A DNA stretch of 64,000 nt from assembly GCA_003452965.1 (NCBI GenBank), contig DMMW01000084.1:20-64019 (forward strand), read 5' to 3'. This document shows positions 20,173-30,055 of this stretch, piece by piece; within the stretch, counting starts at the first letter, position 1, and each line of letters starts with the position of its first letter. The notes under the pieces are model-generated. The model made no database searches. It saw only the letters and a program-made list of their open reading frames with translations, and was not told where the DNA came from. The DNA comes from Elusimicrobiota bacterium. Its GTDB lineage: Bacteria; Elusimicrobiota; UBA8919. Position numbers and translations under genes: made by a program.

Positions 20173-20828
20173 GTATAGAGATTTCACCGTCAATATTATC
20201 TGCGGATTTTTCAAACTTAATATCTGATATCAGCGAATGTGAAAAAGAGAATATCGGTATTTTTCATATTGATGTAATGGATGGTCATTTCGTGCCCAAC
20301 ATAACAATAGGTTCTGTGGTAGTTGAATCAATAAGAAAAAAAACTAAATCTATCTTGGATACACATCTGATGATCGAAAATCCGGAGCGTTATGTAGAAG
20401 CGTTTGCAAAAGCGGGCAGCGACTGGATAACTTTCCATATTGAAACGACAAACAGTCCGTTAGGGATAATAAAAAAAATAAAAGATTTAAATGTAAAAGC
20501 CGGAATTTCATTAAATCCCGGAACCCCGATAGAAAAGATTAAACCGTATCTTGAAGATGTTTTTATGGTTATGGTAATGAGCGTCAATCCCGGTTTTGGC
20601 GGCCAGAAATTCATGCCAACAGTTTTATCAAAAGTAAGCCGGCTTAAGGAATGTAGGGGGAAACTTAAAAATAAATTTAAAATAGGTATTGATGGTGGAA
20701 TAAATTTTGATACGATATCCGAGGTTGTGAAAGCAGGTGCTGAATTGGTTGTGGCCGGTTCCGCAGTATTTAAAACCGAATTAGGGATTAGAAAAAGCAT
20801 AGAAAAACTAAGAGAATTATCAAAATAG
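20169..20828 (+). CDS. rpe: ribulose-phosphate 3-epimerase
   Basis: SILSADF, HIDVMDGHFVPN and MVMSVNPGFGGQKF motifs. Confidence 0.92.
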   Translation: MSIEISPSILSADFSNLISDISECEKENIGIFHIDVMDGHFVPNITIGSVVVESIRKKTKSILDTHLMIENPERYVEAFAKAGSDWITFHIETTNSPLGIIKKIKDLNVKAGISLNPGTPIEKIKPYLEDVFMVMVMSVNPGFGGQKFMPTVLSKVSRLKECRGKLKNKFKIGIDGGINFDTISEVVKAGAELVVAGSAVFKTELGIRKSIEKLRELSK

Positions 20829-20829
20829 T

Positions 20830-20871
20830 TCATCCGCCTACGCTCTATCGAGCTTCGGCGAGACAAGGGGG
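20830..20871 (-). repeat. partial inverted copy of the 114-bp dispersed repeat; its G-run forms the rpsP RBS
   Basis: Reverse complement matches CCCTTGTCTCGCCGAAGCTC.TA.GAGCGTAGGCGGA of the elements at 45231-45344 and 62627-62740. Confidence 0.6.
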
Positions 20872-20876
20872 GAGAA

Positions 20877-21128
20877 ATGGCAGTAGCTATCAAGTTGAAA
20901 AGAATAGGTAAAACGCTTAAACCTGTATATAGGGTAATAGTTATTCATTCCAAAAAGAGATGTCAAGGAACTCCGATAGAAGAATTAGGACATTATAATC
21001 CTCGTAATAAAAAGGATATTTCTTTAAATATAGAGAGAATTAATTACTGGATAAAGACCGGGGCGATAGTATCTGATACTGTGAAGAATTTATTAAAAAA
21101 ACAAACAGAAATTCAGAAAAATATTTGA
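20877..21128 (+). CDS. rpsP: 30S ribosomal protein S16
   Basis: MAVAIKLKRIGKTLKPVYRVIV is the typical S16 N-terminus. Confidence 0.92.
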   Translation: MAVAIKLKRIGKTLKPVYRVIVIHSKKRCQGTPIEELGHYNPRNKKDISLNIERINYWIKTGAIVSDTVKNLLKKQTEIQKNI

Positions 21129-21168
21129 TGTGCATTAACTGTGCGTTATTTTTGCAGTTATTAGGGGT

Positions 21169-21405
21169 ATGATTATGAAAGAGCTTGTTGAATACATTGT
21201 TAAGTCACTTGTGGATAATACAGACAAAGTTGATATATCAATTGTTGATTCTGAGATTGGCAAGGTTGTAAATATCAAAGTTGATGATGCAGATAAGGGC
21301 AGGATAATAGGTAAACAGGGTAGGATAATAAAAGCAATAAGGCAGGTTGTATCGGCTTCGGCAACAAGAAAGAATGAAAAATATAGGGTAGAAGTAGTAG
21401 AATGA
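21169..21405 (+). CDS. KH-domain RNA-binding protein (YlqC/UPF0109-like)
   Basis: GRIIGKQGRIIKAIRQV KH GXXG loop; conserved position after rpsP. Confidence 0.75.
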   Translation: MIMKELVEYIVKSLVDNTDKVDISIVDSEIGKVVNIKVDDADKGRIIGKQGRIIKAIRQVVSASATRKNEKYRVEVVE

Positions 21406-21526
21406 TCCTCGTTAGAGATAAAATTGTTTGTAAATATAATCTATCATGGGAAAAGATAAGAAATATAAAAAGAGTATTCTATGTTACCACGAAAGCATAA
21501 ATGCTTTCTATCTCTAACGGGGTAAA

Positions 21527-22240
21527 ATGCAAATAGATATTTTAACACTTTTTCCTTCGCTCTTTGAATCTGTTTTTTCTGAAAGTTTAATTAAAAAGGC
21601 AGTTGAAAGAAAAATTATAAATATAAGAATTACCAATATCAGGGATTTCGCCGATGGTAAGCATAAAACCGTAGATGATAAAGCGTACGGCGGTGGAGCA
21701 GGAATGATTATGATGGCACCGCCGATAGTAAAGGCGATAAGGGCGGTATTTCGACTTCGCCCAAGACAAAAAAGTTGTAAGGTTATACTTTTATCGCCGC
21801 AAGGCAAAGTTTTAAATCAACAAAAAGCGAAAGAGCTTTCAAAAATTCAACATCTGATATTAATTTGCGGACATTACGGTGGTGTTGATGAACGCGTTCT
21901 AAAATTTATAGATGAAGAAATATCTATCGGTAACTATGTTTTGACAGGCGGCGAAATTCCCGCCATGGTGCTTGTAGATACTATAGGCAGGCTTATACCA
22001 AAAGTTGTCGGCAAAAAAGATTCCTTGGAACAAGATTCTTTATGGAACGGAAAACTGATTAGTCCCGTATATACAAGACCTTATAATTTCTGCGGTATAA
22101 AAGTGCCTAAAGTGCTTCTATCGGGTAATCATAAAAATATTGAAAAATGGAAAAAGGAAAATGCAGTAAAAAACACTATTAAAAAAAGACCGGAATTAAT
22201 AGGGCTTGATAAAATCTGTAAAAACAATAAGCGGAAATAG
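21527..22240 (+). CDS. trmD: tRNA (guanine37-N1)-methyltransferase
   Basis: MQIDILTLFP start and SPOUT knot motifs (GHYGGVDERV, LTGGE). Confidence 0.92.
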   Translation: MQIDILTLFPSLFESVFSESLIKKAVERKIINIRITNIRDFADGKHKTVDDKAYGGGAGMIMMAPPIVKAIRAVFRLRPRQKSCKVILLSPQGKVLNQQKAKELSKIQHLILICGHYGGVDERVLKFIDEEISIGNYVLTGGEIPAMVLVDTIGRLIPKVVGKKDSLEQDSLWNGKLISPVYTRPYNFCGIKVPKVLLSGNHKNIEKWKKENAVKNTIKKRPELIGLDKICKNNKRK

Positions 22241-22253
22241 TAATGAAAAATAA

Positions 22254-22643
22254 ATGGAGGATGAGATGGAAAATCTAATAAGTGTCGTAGAAAGTCAGTA
22301 TGCTAAAAAAAGCATGACGGAAATCAATTCCGGTGATTTAATTAAAGTGTATTATAAAATTATAGAGGGTGATTCCGAAAGGACACAGGTTTTTGAAGGC
22401 ACTGTTTTAAGAATACGCGGTGCAGGCAACAGCAAAACAATGACCGTTAGAAAAATATCTTTTGGGATAGGTGTTGAAAGAGTATTTATGCTAAATTCGC
22501 CGCGATTGGAAAAAATTGAATTGATGAAACATAGAAAAGTCAGAAGAAGTCGTTTATATTATTTAAGAGGACTGTCGGGCAAATCCGCCAGAATGGAAGA
22601 ACGTACCGGAAAAGAACAATCGCAAGGAACAAAAGCACCATAA
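22254..22643 (+). CDS. rplS: 50S ribosomal protein L19 (with short C-terminal extension)
   Basis: L19 core FEGTVLRIRGAGNSKTMTVRKISFGIGVERVF. Confidence 0.9.
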   Translation: MEDEMENLISVVESQYAKKSMTEINSGDLIKVYYKIIEGDSERTQVFEGTVLRIRGAGNSKTMTVRKISFGIGVERVFMLNSPRLEKIELMKHRKVRRSRLYYLRGLSGKSARMEERTGKEQSQGTKAP

Positions 22644-22680
22644 TCTAATCATCAACTATCTTAAGGAATAGATTTTTAAA

Positions 22681-23277
22681 ATGAGAGATTTGTGGGATTT
22701 TGATAGTCTGATTTGCTCTGATAGTATTATAGCGGGTGTTGATGAGGCTGGCAGAGGTCCGTTAGCAGGTCCTGTCGTTTCAGCAGCAGTGATTCTAAAT
22801 AAAGAAATAATAATAGAAAATCTTAACGATTCAAAAAAACTTTCCCCGAAAATACGTCTTGCCGTTTACAAAGAAATAATAAAAAATTGTATTGAATATC
22901 AGGTTGGAATAGTGGATAATTTTACTATAGACAGAATAAATATATTGGAAGCCACTAAACTATCAATGAAAACTGCGATTGAAAAGCTCGATACCTTGCC
23001 TGAACTTGCCATTATTGACGGTAATCAGTATATAGATATAAGTATAAAACAAAAAAATATTATTAGCGGGGATTCAAAAAGCGCATCTATTGCTGCTGCA
23101 TCTGTAATAGCTAAAGTAACACGTGATTTGATGATGGACGAATTTGACAAGAAATATCCGGAATACGGTTTTGCACAGCATAAGGGCTACGGTACGGAAA
23201 AGCATATAGCTGCTATAAAAAAATATGGTCCGTGTGAAATTCACAGAAGAAGTTTTGAACCGGTAAAATCCTATTAG
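22681..23277 (+). CDS. rnhB: ribonuclease HII
   Basis: GVDEAGRGPLAGPVV catalytic motif and DSK motif. Confidence 0.92.
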   Translation: MRDLWDFDSLICSDSIIAGVDEAGRGPLAGPVVSAAVILNKEIIIENLNDSKKLSPKIRLAVYKEIIKNCIEYQVGIVDNFTIDRINILEATKLSMKTAIEKLDTLPELAIIDGNQYIDISIKQKNIISGDSKSASIAAASVIAKVTRDLMMDEFDKKYPEYGFAQHKGYGTEKHIAAIKKYGPCEIHRRSFEPVKSY

Positions 23278-23390
23278 AAAATGAAGTTTTCCAGTCACTT
23301 TCTACCAGCTGGCGGAGTGGATTTATACGGAAATTTAGCAAATGTAGTCTAAGTAATAAGTAATTTTCAATATTTTCTTGGTAAAATTTT

Positions 23391-23750
23391 ATGGAACAAC
23401 CAAATAAAATCGGAAAACACGGCGAAAAAATCGCGGAAGAGTTTCTCGAAAATACCGGATATAAAATTATAAGTAAGAACTACAGGACAATATTCGGTGA
23501 AATAGATATAATTGCAAGAAAAGATAACACGATAATTTTTGTTGAAGTAAAGACAAGAAGTGGTAATAAATACGGTGTTCCACAACTTGCTGTAAATAAA
23601 TATAAACAAAAACATCTTGCTCGCGCAGCGATAGCATTTATTAAAAGGAACTCACTTAATTCGGATTATCGTTTTGACATAATTGCGATTATTAATGATA
23701 AAATAGAGCATATACAAAACGCTTTTGCAGTCTCCGGGTATACTATATAA
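23391..23750 (+). CDS. YraN/UPF0102 family endonuclease-like protein
   Basis: GEIDIIARKDNTIIFVEVKTR restriction-endonuclease-like core. Confidence 0.8.
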   Translation: MEQPNKIGKHGEKIAEEFLENTGYKIISKNYRTIFGEIDIIARKDNTIIFVEVKTRSGNKYGVPQLAVNKYKQKHLARAAIAFIKRNSLNSDYRFDIIAIINDKIEHIQNAFAVSGYTI

Positions 23751-23753
23751 AAA

Positions 23754-25148
23754 ATGATATTTTTTAAAACAAAACAGGACAAAGGTATTGAATTGTTGAA
23801 CAATGGCAGATACGACGACGCTATTAAGGTATTTTCTGATTTGGTTTCCAAAAATCCCCAAAATCCGTCATTATTATATTACCTTGCGGAAGGTTATTAT
23901 AAAAAGAATTTTTTGATTGAGGCAAAGGAGAATTTAATAGAATGCATAAGACAATCGCCGTCACAAGAAATTATTAATAATATAACTAAAATAACGAATT
24001 TTAAAAAAATATCGTCCGATAGATATTATAATTCCTGTCTTAATTTTTCATCCGACGGCAAAAAAATTATATATGTATCAAGAAGACGTGATACAAATGG
24101 TGATGGTTATATTAATTATCTTGATAACGGGTGTGTCTATGTAGTAGGTATTGAGGGAAAGGATGAAAAGCTGATTGTGGAGGATAAATATCATAATTCC
24201 GACTGTTCTTTTTCTTCTGACGGCAAATATGCTTTATATCTTTCCCGCCGTCGCGATACTAACGGGGACGGAAAAATTAATGCGAAGGATTCTGCGGCGA
24301 TATATATCTATGATTTGGAAAAGAACGATGAACGGTTGCTGGTATCGGAAAAGCTATTTTGTCGAAAACCGACATTTTCACCTGATAATAAATCAGTAAT
24401 ATTCTGCAGTTGGCGGCGAATAGGCGGTAATTCCGGCATATATTCAATAAACATAAAAACGAATGTTATAAGCGAAGTAGTATCGGATAAATTTGAAAAT
24501 ACTGCGCCTGCAATATCTAATGATGGACAATATATACTCTACTCTTCATGGCAAAAGGATACGAACGGTGACGGTAAAATAGATTTTAGAGATGCATCTT
24601 CAATATATCTAACGGATATAATGAACAGGACTACAGAAGAAATCACAAAGGATATGTATGATAATTCTTTTCCTTCATTTTCACCCGATGACAGATATGC
24701 TATGTACCTTTCAAAAAGACGGGACACAAATAACGATGGAAAGGTGGATTCTTTGGATTTTAACGGCATTTATATTACCGATTTAATGAGTAAGAAAACG
24801 GAAGAAATAGTATCGGATAATTCATATAATAAATATCCGATATTTACCGAAGACGGTGATTCGGTTGTGTTTTTAGGTTCTACAAGAAGAAATAAAAATA
24901 TCAGAAATATAGAGTTAAAGGATGTTTATCAGAATAAAGCGATTTACATAATAAACATAAAAAATAAAAAGATTGAAACACTTGTAAATAACATATTTTT
25001 TTCGTCGTCGTCACCAAGGGTTTCTAAAACTGGCAAATTAGCATATCTGTCATGGAAAAAGCATACCCGCCGCGGAATATTTGTTAGAGACATATATAAT
25101 CTTCCCGGATTATCCGAATTGGAAGAAATAATTAAAGAAAATTTGTGA
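23754..25148 (+). CDS. TPR plus seven-bladed TolB/PD40-like beta-propeller protein with repeated DTNGDGKI loops
   Basis: N-terminal TPR region followed by about 7 repeats of roughly 50 aa (FSSDGK..Y.S.RRDTNGDGKI..D...IY). Confidence 0.6.
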   Translation: MIFFKTKQDKGIELLNNGRYDDAIKVFSDLVSKNPQNPSLLYYLAEGYYKKNFLIEAKENLIECIRQSPSQEIINNITKITNFKKISSDRYYNSCLNFSSDGKKIIYVSRRRDTNGDGYINYLDNGCVYVVGIEGKDEKLIVEDKYHNSDCSFSSDGKYALYLSRRRDTNGDGKINAKDSAAIYIYDLEKNDERLLVSEKLFCRKPTFSPDNKSVIFCSWRRIGGNSGIYSINIKTNVISEVVSDKFENTAPAISNDGQYILYSSWQKDTNGDGKIDFRDASSIYLTDIMNRTTEEITKDMYDNSFPSFSPDDRYAMYLSKRRDTNNDGKVDSLDFNGIYITDLMSKKTEEIVSDNSYNKYPIFTEDGDSVVFLGSTRRNKNIRNIELKDVYQNKAIYIINIKNKKIETLVNNIFFSSSSPRVSKTGKLAYLSWKKHTRRGIFVRDIYNLPGLSELEEIIKENL

Positions 25149-25175
25149 AAAGGAGTAAGTTCCAGGATAAATTTT

Positions 25176-26720
25176 ATGTTATCACAAGTAAGTTCTGCAG
25201 CTGTTTATGGTATTAACGGTTATATTGTTACTGTTGAAGTTGATATATCCAAAGGTTTGCCTACATTTAATATTGTAGGGCTGCCTGATACAACCGTAAA
25301 AGAATCAAGAGACAGGGTGGTTTCAGCAATAAGAAATTCAGGTTATGATTTTCCTCCAAAAAGAGTTACGGTAAATCTTGCTCCTGCAGGCATAAAAAAA
25401 GAGGGTGCAATATTTGATTTGCCGATTGCAATCGGCATTCTTATTGCTACAGCCCAGATAAAAGCAAATATTAATAAAAAATATTCGCTTATTGGTGAAC
25501 TTTCTCTGGATGGTTCAATAAGAAGGGTAAAAGGCGTTCTTCCGATTGCTATTAAATTAAAGGAGGAATGTTTCGATGGTTTGATTCTTCCGGAAATAAA
25601 TAAAAATGAAGCTGCAATTGTTGAAAAACTCAATATTTATCCCGTAAATAATCTGAAATCAGCAGTAGAAATAATTTCCTCTGAAACGGTACCGGAAAGT
25701 TATAAAATAGACTTGGCAAGCTTTTTTTCTGCAACTTCACATTACGAAGTGGATTTTAGGGATGTCAAGGGGCAATCCTTTGTAAAAAGAGCTGTAGAGA
25801 TCGCTTGTGCAGGCGGTCATAATATTTTATTAATTGGATCTCCCGGCAGTGGAAAAACAATGCTAACCAAAAGAATTCCTACTATTTTACCTCCGATGTC
25901 TTTTGAGGAAGCGATAGAAACCACAAAAATACATTCAATAGCAGGTCTTACTTCATCAAATTCCTCGTTAGTAGCTACCCGAACTTTCAGGTCGCCGCAT
26001 CATACAATATCCGATGTTGCTTTAATCGGCGGCGGTGCTCATCCTAAACCCGGTGAAGTATCGCTTTCCCATAACGGTGTTTTATTCTTGGACGAACTAC
26101 CGGAATTTCACAGAAATGTTCTTGAAGTATTAAGACAACCGCTTGAAGACGGAATTGTCAACATTTCACGGGCGCAGGCAACATTAACATATCCTGCAAG
26201 ATTCATGCTTGTTGCCGCGATGAATCCCTGTCCTTGCGGTTATTACGGTCATTCGACTAAAGAATGTACCTGCACGCCGTTCATAATACAAAAGTATATC
26301 TCAAAAATTTCAGGTCCGTTAATGGACAGGATTGACCTACATATAGATGTCCCTGCGGTAAAATATGATGAACTTTCAGATACGACAACTACTGCTGAAT
26401 CTTCGTTGGATATAAGAAAGAGGATTATAAAAACAAGAAAAATACAAAAACAAAGACTAAAAAAAGAAAAGAATTTATATTGTAATGCACACATGGAATC
26501 CAAACACATAAAAAAATATTGTGAGATTGACGAAGAAAGCAAAAAATTGTTGAAACATGTAATAGAAAAATTAGGTTTTTCTGCTCGTGCACATGATAGG
26601 ATTTTAAAGGTTGCAAGGACGATATCTGACATGGCAGGTTCAAGAAAGATACAATCTCAACACATAGCCGAAGCTATCCAATACAGATCATTGGATAGAA
26701 TAGGGGACGTAGTTAGATAA
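25176..26720 (+). CDS. YifB/ComM family Mg-chelatase-like AAA+ ATPase
   Basis: Lon-like N-domain, Walker A GSPGSGKT, FLDELPEF, C-terminal Mg-chelatase domain. Confidence 0.9.
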   Translation: MLSQVSSAAVYGINGYIVTVEVDISKGLPTFNIVGLPDTTVKESRDRVVSAIRNSGYDFPPKRVTVNLAPAGIKKEGAIFDLPIAIGILIATAQIKANINKKYSLIGELSLDGSIRRVKGVLPIAIKLKEECFDGLILPEINKNEAAIVEKLNIYPVNNLKSAVEIISSETVPESYKIDLASFFSATSHYEVDFRDVKGQSFVKRAVEIACAGGHNILLIGSPGSGKTMLTKRIPTILPPMSFEEAIETTKIHSIAGLTSSNSSLVATRTFRSPHHTISDVALIGGGAHPKPGEVSLSHNGVLFLDELPEFHRNVLEVLRQPLEDGIVNISRAQATLTYPARFMLVAAMNPCPCGYYGHSTKECTCTPFIIQKYISKISGPLMDRIDLHIDVPAVKYDELSDTTTTAESSLDIRKRIIKTRKIQKQRLKKEKNLYCNAHMESKHIKKYCEIDEESKKLLKHVIEKLGFSARAHDRILKVARTISDMAGSRKIQSQHIAEAIQYRSLDRIGDVVR

Positions 26721-26727
26721 TTAGATA

Positions 26728-28701
26728 TTGAAAATAGGCCGCAGAGAGATTAGAAAATATGCAAATTTTCAAGTGGGTCAAATTGTAATGAAAAATTTTA
26801 AATTTTTAAAACAAATGCCAGTAAAAATTGTACTAACAACCATAGTATTTATTTGCTTGGAAATAGGATTATATAAAATTACGAGTAAAGTAAATATTAT
26901 AGGTAATTATCCGATGTATAGTAATATAGGAAAAGTCGATTCAAAATTTAGAATTAATGCTATTGATGAAAAAGAAGGATATCTTGCATTTGGTCCGTAT
27001 ATGGTTTTAGAAAAAGGTAAATATGGGATAAAGTATAAATTATTTTTGCATAATTTAAAACAAATAGAAAGTCAGTTGAAAGCAGTTGCTTGTTGTGACA
27101 TTATCATAGACGGACATCCTGAACTATATTTTTCTGCTATATTAAATGTAAATGATTTTGTTAAGAAAAATCCGCAGGAATTTACATATAATTTTTATAT
27201 TCCCGAAGGTAAACCTAAAATACAATTTCGTGTAAACCAATTTGCCGGGAATCGGTTATCTCTAATGAATTTATCGGTTATATACAAGGATATTCGAAAT
27301 TTTGTTTTCAATAGTGATAATAAAACTTATTTGAAGCATTATTTTGTTTGGGGAACATTATTATTATTGTTAACTTATCTAAATTTTATTTTTGGATTAA
27401 AAAATATTTTTGATAAAGAGCTGATGATATTATGTATTATAACATTATTATTTATTATATATAATTCTTGGTTACAGATGTTGACAAGTCAGGCAAAAGT
27501 ATTTGGGTGGCTAATTATAATTTGGTTTTTGAAAATATTTTTAAAAAAAATTAAATATAAAATATCTTTGCCAAAGTTTTTACTTAATTCTTACTTTATA
27601 GTGTTTATTGCAATAGCAGTGTTTTTATTTACATATTATACATTCCCAGGACATCCGAGTGAAAAATTAGGAAAAGGATGGTTCGTATGGTGTGATCAAG
27701 GATGTTACTTGCAAATAGCCAAGGATTTTTTGAATTTAAAGTTGGTTGTTGAAAATTATGTATTTGGTTTGGGTTATCCAATAATTGGAACTTTATTTTT
27801 AAAGATATATCCGGCTGATCCATTTATGATTCCAAACTTGATATTATTTATTATAACTATATTATTATATTATAAAATATCAAGATATTATTTATCCGAT
27901 AACATGGTTTTATTAACCATTATCCTATTGCTTCTTTGTACGCAATATACAGAATTTTTTGTTATACCTTGGAACAATATTATACCGACAGTTGCTTTGG
28001 GTTTTATAATTTACGTCGCTGTAAAAGCAAATAAAATAAAAATATGGCATTCTGTAATGATGGGATTATTAATAGGATGGACTTTTGCAGCACGTTATGT
28101 CGATATTGTATTTCTAATACCGATAGTTATTTACATTTATTTATATAAAAACAAAAAGGACGAATACAACAAAAAGTATTTTATAATAACCGTATTAACT
28201 GCATTTATTATATTTTTGTTAGTAATTTATAGTCACAAATATGCTTTCGGATCATATTGGAAAACACCGTATCAATTACCAAATAGGACTGTTAAATCCG
28301 AACAATCAATATTAGCCGCATTTGATTTATCTAAAACATTTAAGAATCTCTATGAAGTTGTATTAAATCCCTATCAATTTGGTCAGTTACCAACAAGAGA
28401 GGTTTTTAACATGCCGTTGTTAGGTTATTCGTTTTTCTTTTTATTATCTATAGCAGGGTTTATATATTTAGTATTTATTGATAAGAATATGTTGATGAAA
28501 GTTATTTTTTTTGTCATTATAGCGGCATTAATATTTTATGGTTCTTTTTTTTCAATGAATGCAGGATGTCTTAAATATTATAGTCTTAGATATTTTACTA
28601 TGTTGTATCCAATTTTGACGATAGTCTCTGTATATGGATTAAAAAAAATATTAAAGTATAAAAATGAATATGGGGAAAAGGTACTGTCCAAAACAGTATG
28701 A
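26728..28701 (+). CDS. large polytopic membrane protein, possible GT-C-type glycosyltransferase
   Basis: 657 aa, more than 12 TM helices, soluble N-terminal segment; no catalytic motif confidently identified. Confidence 0.4.
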   Translation: MKIGRREIRKYANFQVGQIVMKNFKFLKQMPVKIVLTTIVFICLEIGLYKITSKVNIIGNYPMYSNIGKVDSKFRINAIDEKEGYLAFGPYMVLEKGKYGIKYKLFLHNLKQIESQLKAVACCDIIIDGHPELYFSAILNVNDFVKKNPQEFTYNFYIPEGKPKIQFRVNQFAGNRLSLMNLSVIYKDIRNFVFNSDNKTYLKHYFVWGTLLLLLTYLNFIFGLKNIFDKELMILCIITLLFIIYNSWLQMLTSQAKVFGWLIIIWFLKIFLKKIKYKISLPKFLLNSYFIVFIAIAVFLFTYYTFPGHPSEKLGKGWFVWCDQGCYLQIAKDFLNLKLVVENYVFGLGYPIIGTLFLKIYPADPFMIPNLILFIITILLYYKISRYYLSDNMVLLTIILLLLCTQYTEFFVIPWNNIIPTVALGFIIYVAVKANKIKIWHSVMMGLLIGWTFAARYVDIVFLIPIVIYIYLYKNKKDEYNKKYFIITVLTAFIIFLLVIYSHKYAFGSYWKTPYQLPNRTVKSEQSILAAFDLSKTFKNLYEVVLNPYQFGQLPTREVFNMPLLGYSFFFLLSIAGFIYLVFIDKNMLMKVIFFVIIAALIFYGSFFSMNAGCLKYYSLRYFTMLYPILTIVSVYGLKKILKYKNEYGEKVLSKTV

Positions 28702-28835
28702 AGGAATATGAAAAGTTAAAATAGCAAGTTATAACGAAGGTTGTTAAAATAATTGGAATAATATAGAGTATGATAATTTAAATGTAGCGGCAAAGCGATA
28801 CCTTTGCTTAAGTGGAAGTATTTGGAGGTTATTTT

Positions 28836-29486
28836 ATGATTAAAAGAATTGGTTTGTTGGTTCGGATATTGTTGATAACAATTTTAATTGTGCCTTCTCT
28901 GGTTTTTGGGCAGGAAAGGAAAGTAATTAAACTACCTAAACCGCAGTTGGAGATTGGAAAACCTTTGATGCAGGTTTTAAAAAACAGAAAATCATCTCGT
29001 GAATTTAGCAATAAAAAATTATCAGAACAAACACTCGCAAATCTGCTTTGGGCGGGATACGGGATAAACCGTTCTGACGGGAAACGGACTGCACCATCAT
29101 CAATGAATATGCAGGAAACCAGTATTTATGTCGCAACCGATGACGGACTTTACCTTTATGATGCGAAAGAAAATGTTTTAAATTTGATTATTAAAGAAGA
29201 TATCCGTGCGTTGACCGGTAAACAATTGTTTGTAAAAGACGCACCTATAAATCTTATTTACGTTTCGGATATTTCAAAGATGGGAAAAATGGCAGAGAAA
29301 GATATTTATCTGAATGCCGGTGCGGATGTTGGGTTTATTGCCCAGAATGTTTATTTGTATTGTGCTTCCGAGGGATTAGCAACAGTGGTTCGCGGATATG
29401 TTGATGTTGCAATGTTATCAAAAAAAATGAATCTAAAAAATAACCAGAAGATAATTCTCGCACAATCAGTCGGGTATCATAAATAA
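28836..29486 (+). CDS. secreted nitroreductase-fold protein (SagB/ThcOx-type dehydrogenase-like)
   Basis: Signal peptide, then a NQLLWAGYGINR-like motif typical of the SagB-type nitroreductase fold; GGAGG RBS before the ATG at 28836. Confidence 0.55.
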   Translation: MIKRIGLLVRILLITILIVPSLVFGQERKVIKLPKPQLEIGKPLMQVLKNRKSSREFSNKKLSEQTLANLLWAGYGINRSDGKRTAPSSMNMQETSIYVATDDGLYLYDAKENVLNLIIKEDIRALTGKQLFVKDAPINLIYVSDISKMGKMAEKDIYLNAGADVGFIAQNVYLYCASEGLATVVRGYVDVAMLSKKMNLKNNQKIILAQSVGYHK

Positions 29487-29558
29487 GAGGTTAGCGTATA
29501 GAGAATAAAGAGTAGTAAAAAACATCCTTATGCGATCTATGCTATACGCTGGTTTTAA

Positions 29559-29957
29559 ATGTATAAAAAACCGATTTTTGTGGTTCATAAACATTCAGCG
29601 AAACATTTGCATTATGATTTTCGGCTTGAACATAGCGGTGTTTTAAAGAGTTGGGCGATTCCAAAAGAACCTGTAAATGATTCAAAGATAAAGAGATTAG
29701 CGATATGGGTAGATGACCATCCTCTTGATTATGCAGATTTTTCAGGCATAATTCCCGAAGGCAAGTACGGTGCAGGAAAAGTTGAAATATGGGATAGGGG
29801 TGAATACACTCCGATAAAGTTTGAAGAAGACGAAGTAATTTTTAATCTTCAGGGAGAAAGATTAAAGGGAAATTTTTGTTTGCTTAAGTTGAAAAAAAAT
29901 AATACCAAAGGTAAAAATTGGCTGTTTTTTAAAATGCATCAAAAAGGCAGCGGATAG
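29559..29957 (+). CDS. stand-alone DNA ligase D 3'-phosphoesterase (PE) domain protein
   Basis: FVVHKHSAKHLHYDFRLE..LKSWAIPK..HPLDYADF..IPEGKYGAG.VEIWDRGEY matches the LigD PE domain signature end to end. Confidence 0.8.
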   Translation: MYKKPIFVVHKHSAKHLHYDFRLEHSGVLKSWAIPKEPVNDSKIKRLAIWVDDHPLDYADFSGIIPEGKYGAGKVEIWDRGEYTPIKFEEDEVIFNLQGERLKGNFCLLKLKKNNTKGKNWLFFKMHQKGSG

Positions 29958-30030
29958 CGTTCCGCCAGCTGGCGGGGAGGTTAGCGTATAGTGAAAAGAG
30001 ATAATAAAAATTAAATACTAACCTCTAACC
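29943..30030 (+). repeat. dispersed repeat with CCGCCAGCTGGCGG palindrome and GAGGTTAG/CTAACCTC inverted termini
   Basis: Near-identical inverted copy at 38741-38830; the first 25 bp also occur as a direct repeat at 29487-29515 on the other side of the PE gene. Confidence 0.65.
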
Positions 30031-30055
30031 CCTGATTTCAAAGAAGGATGTTAAA

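Noticed and set aside
24175-24399. 74-aa + ORF inside the TolB-like gene, plus other short internal ORFs such as 653-946 and 1652-2182
   Set aside because: These are alternate-frame ORFs nested in longer, better-supported genes.
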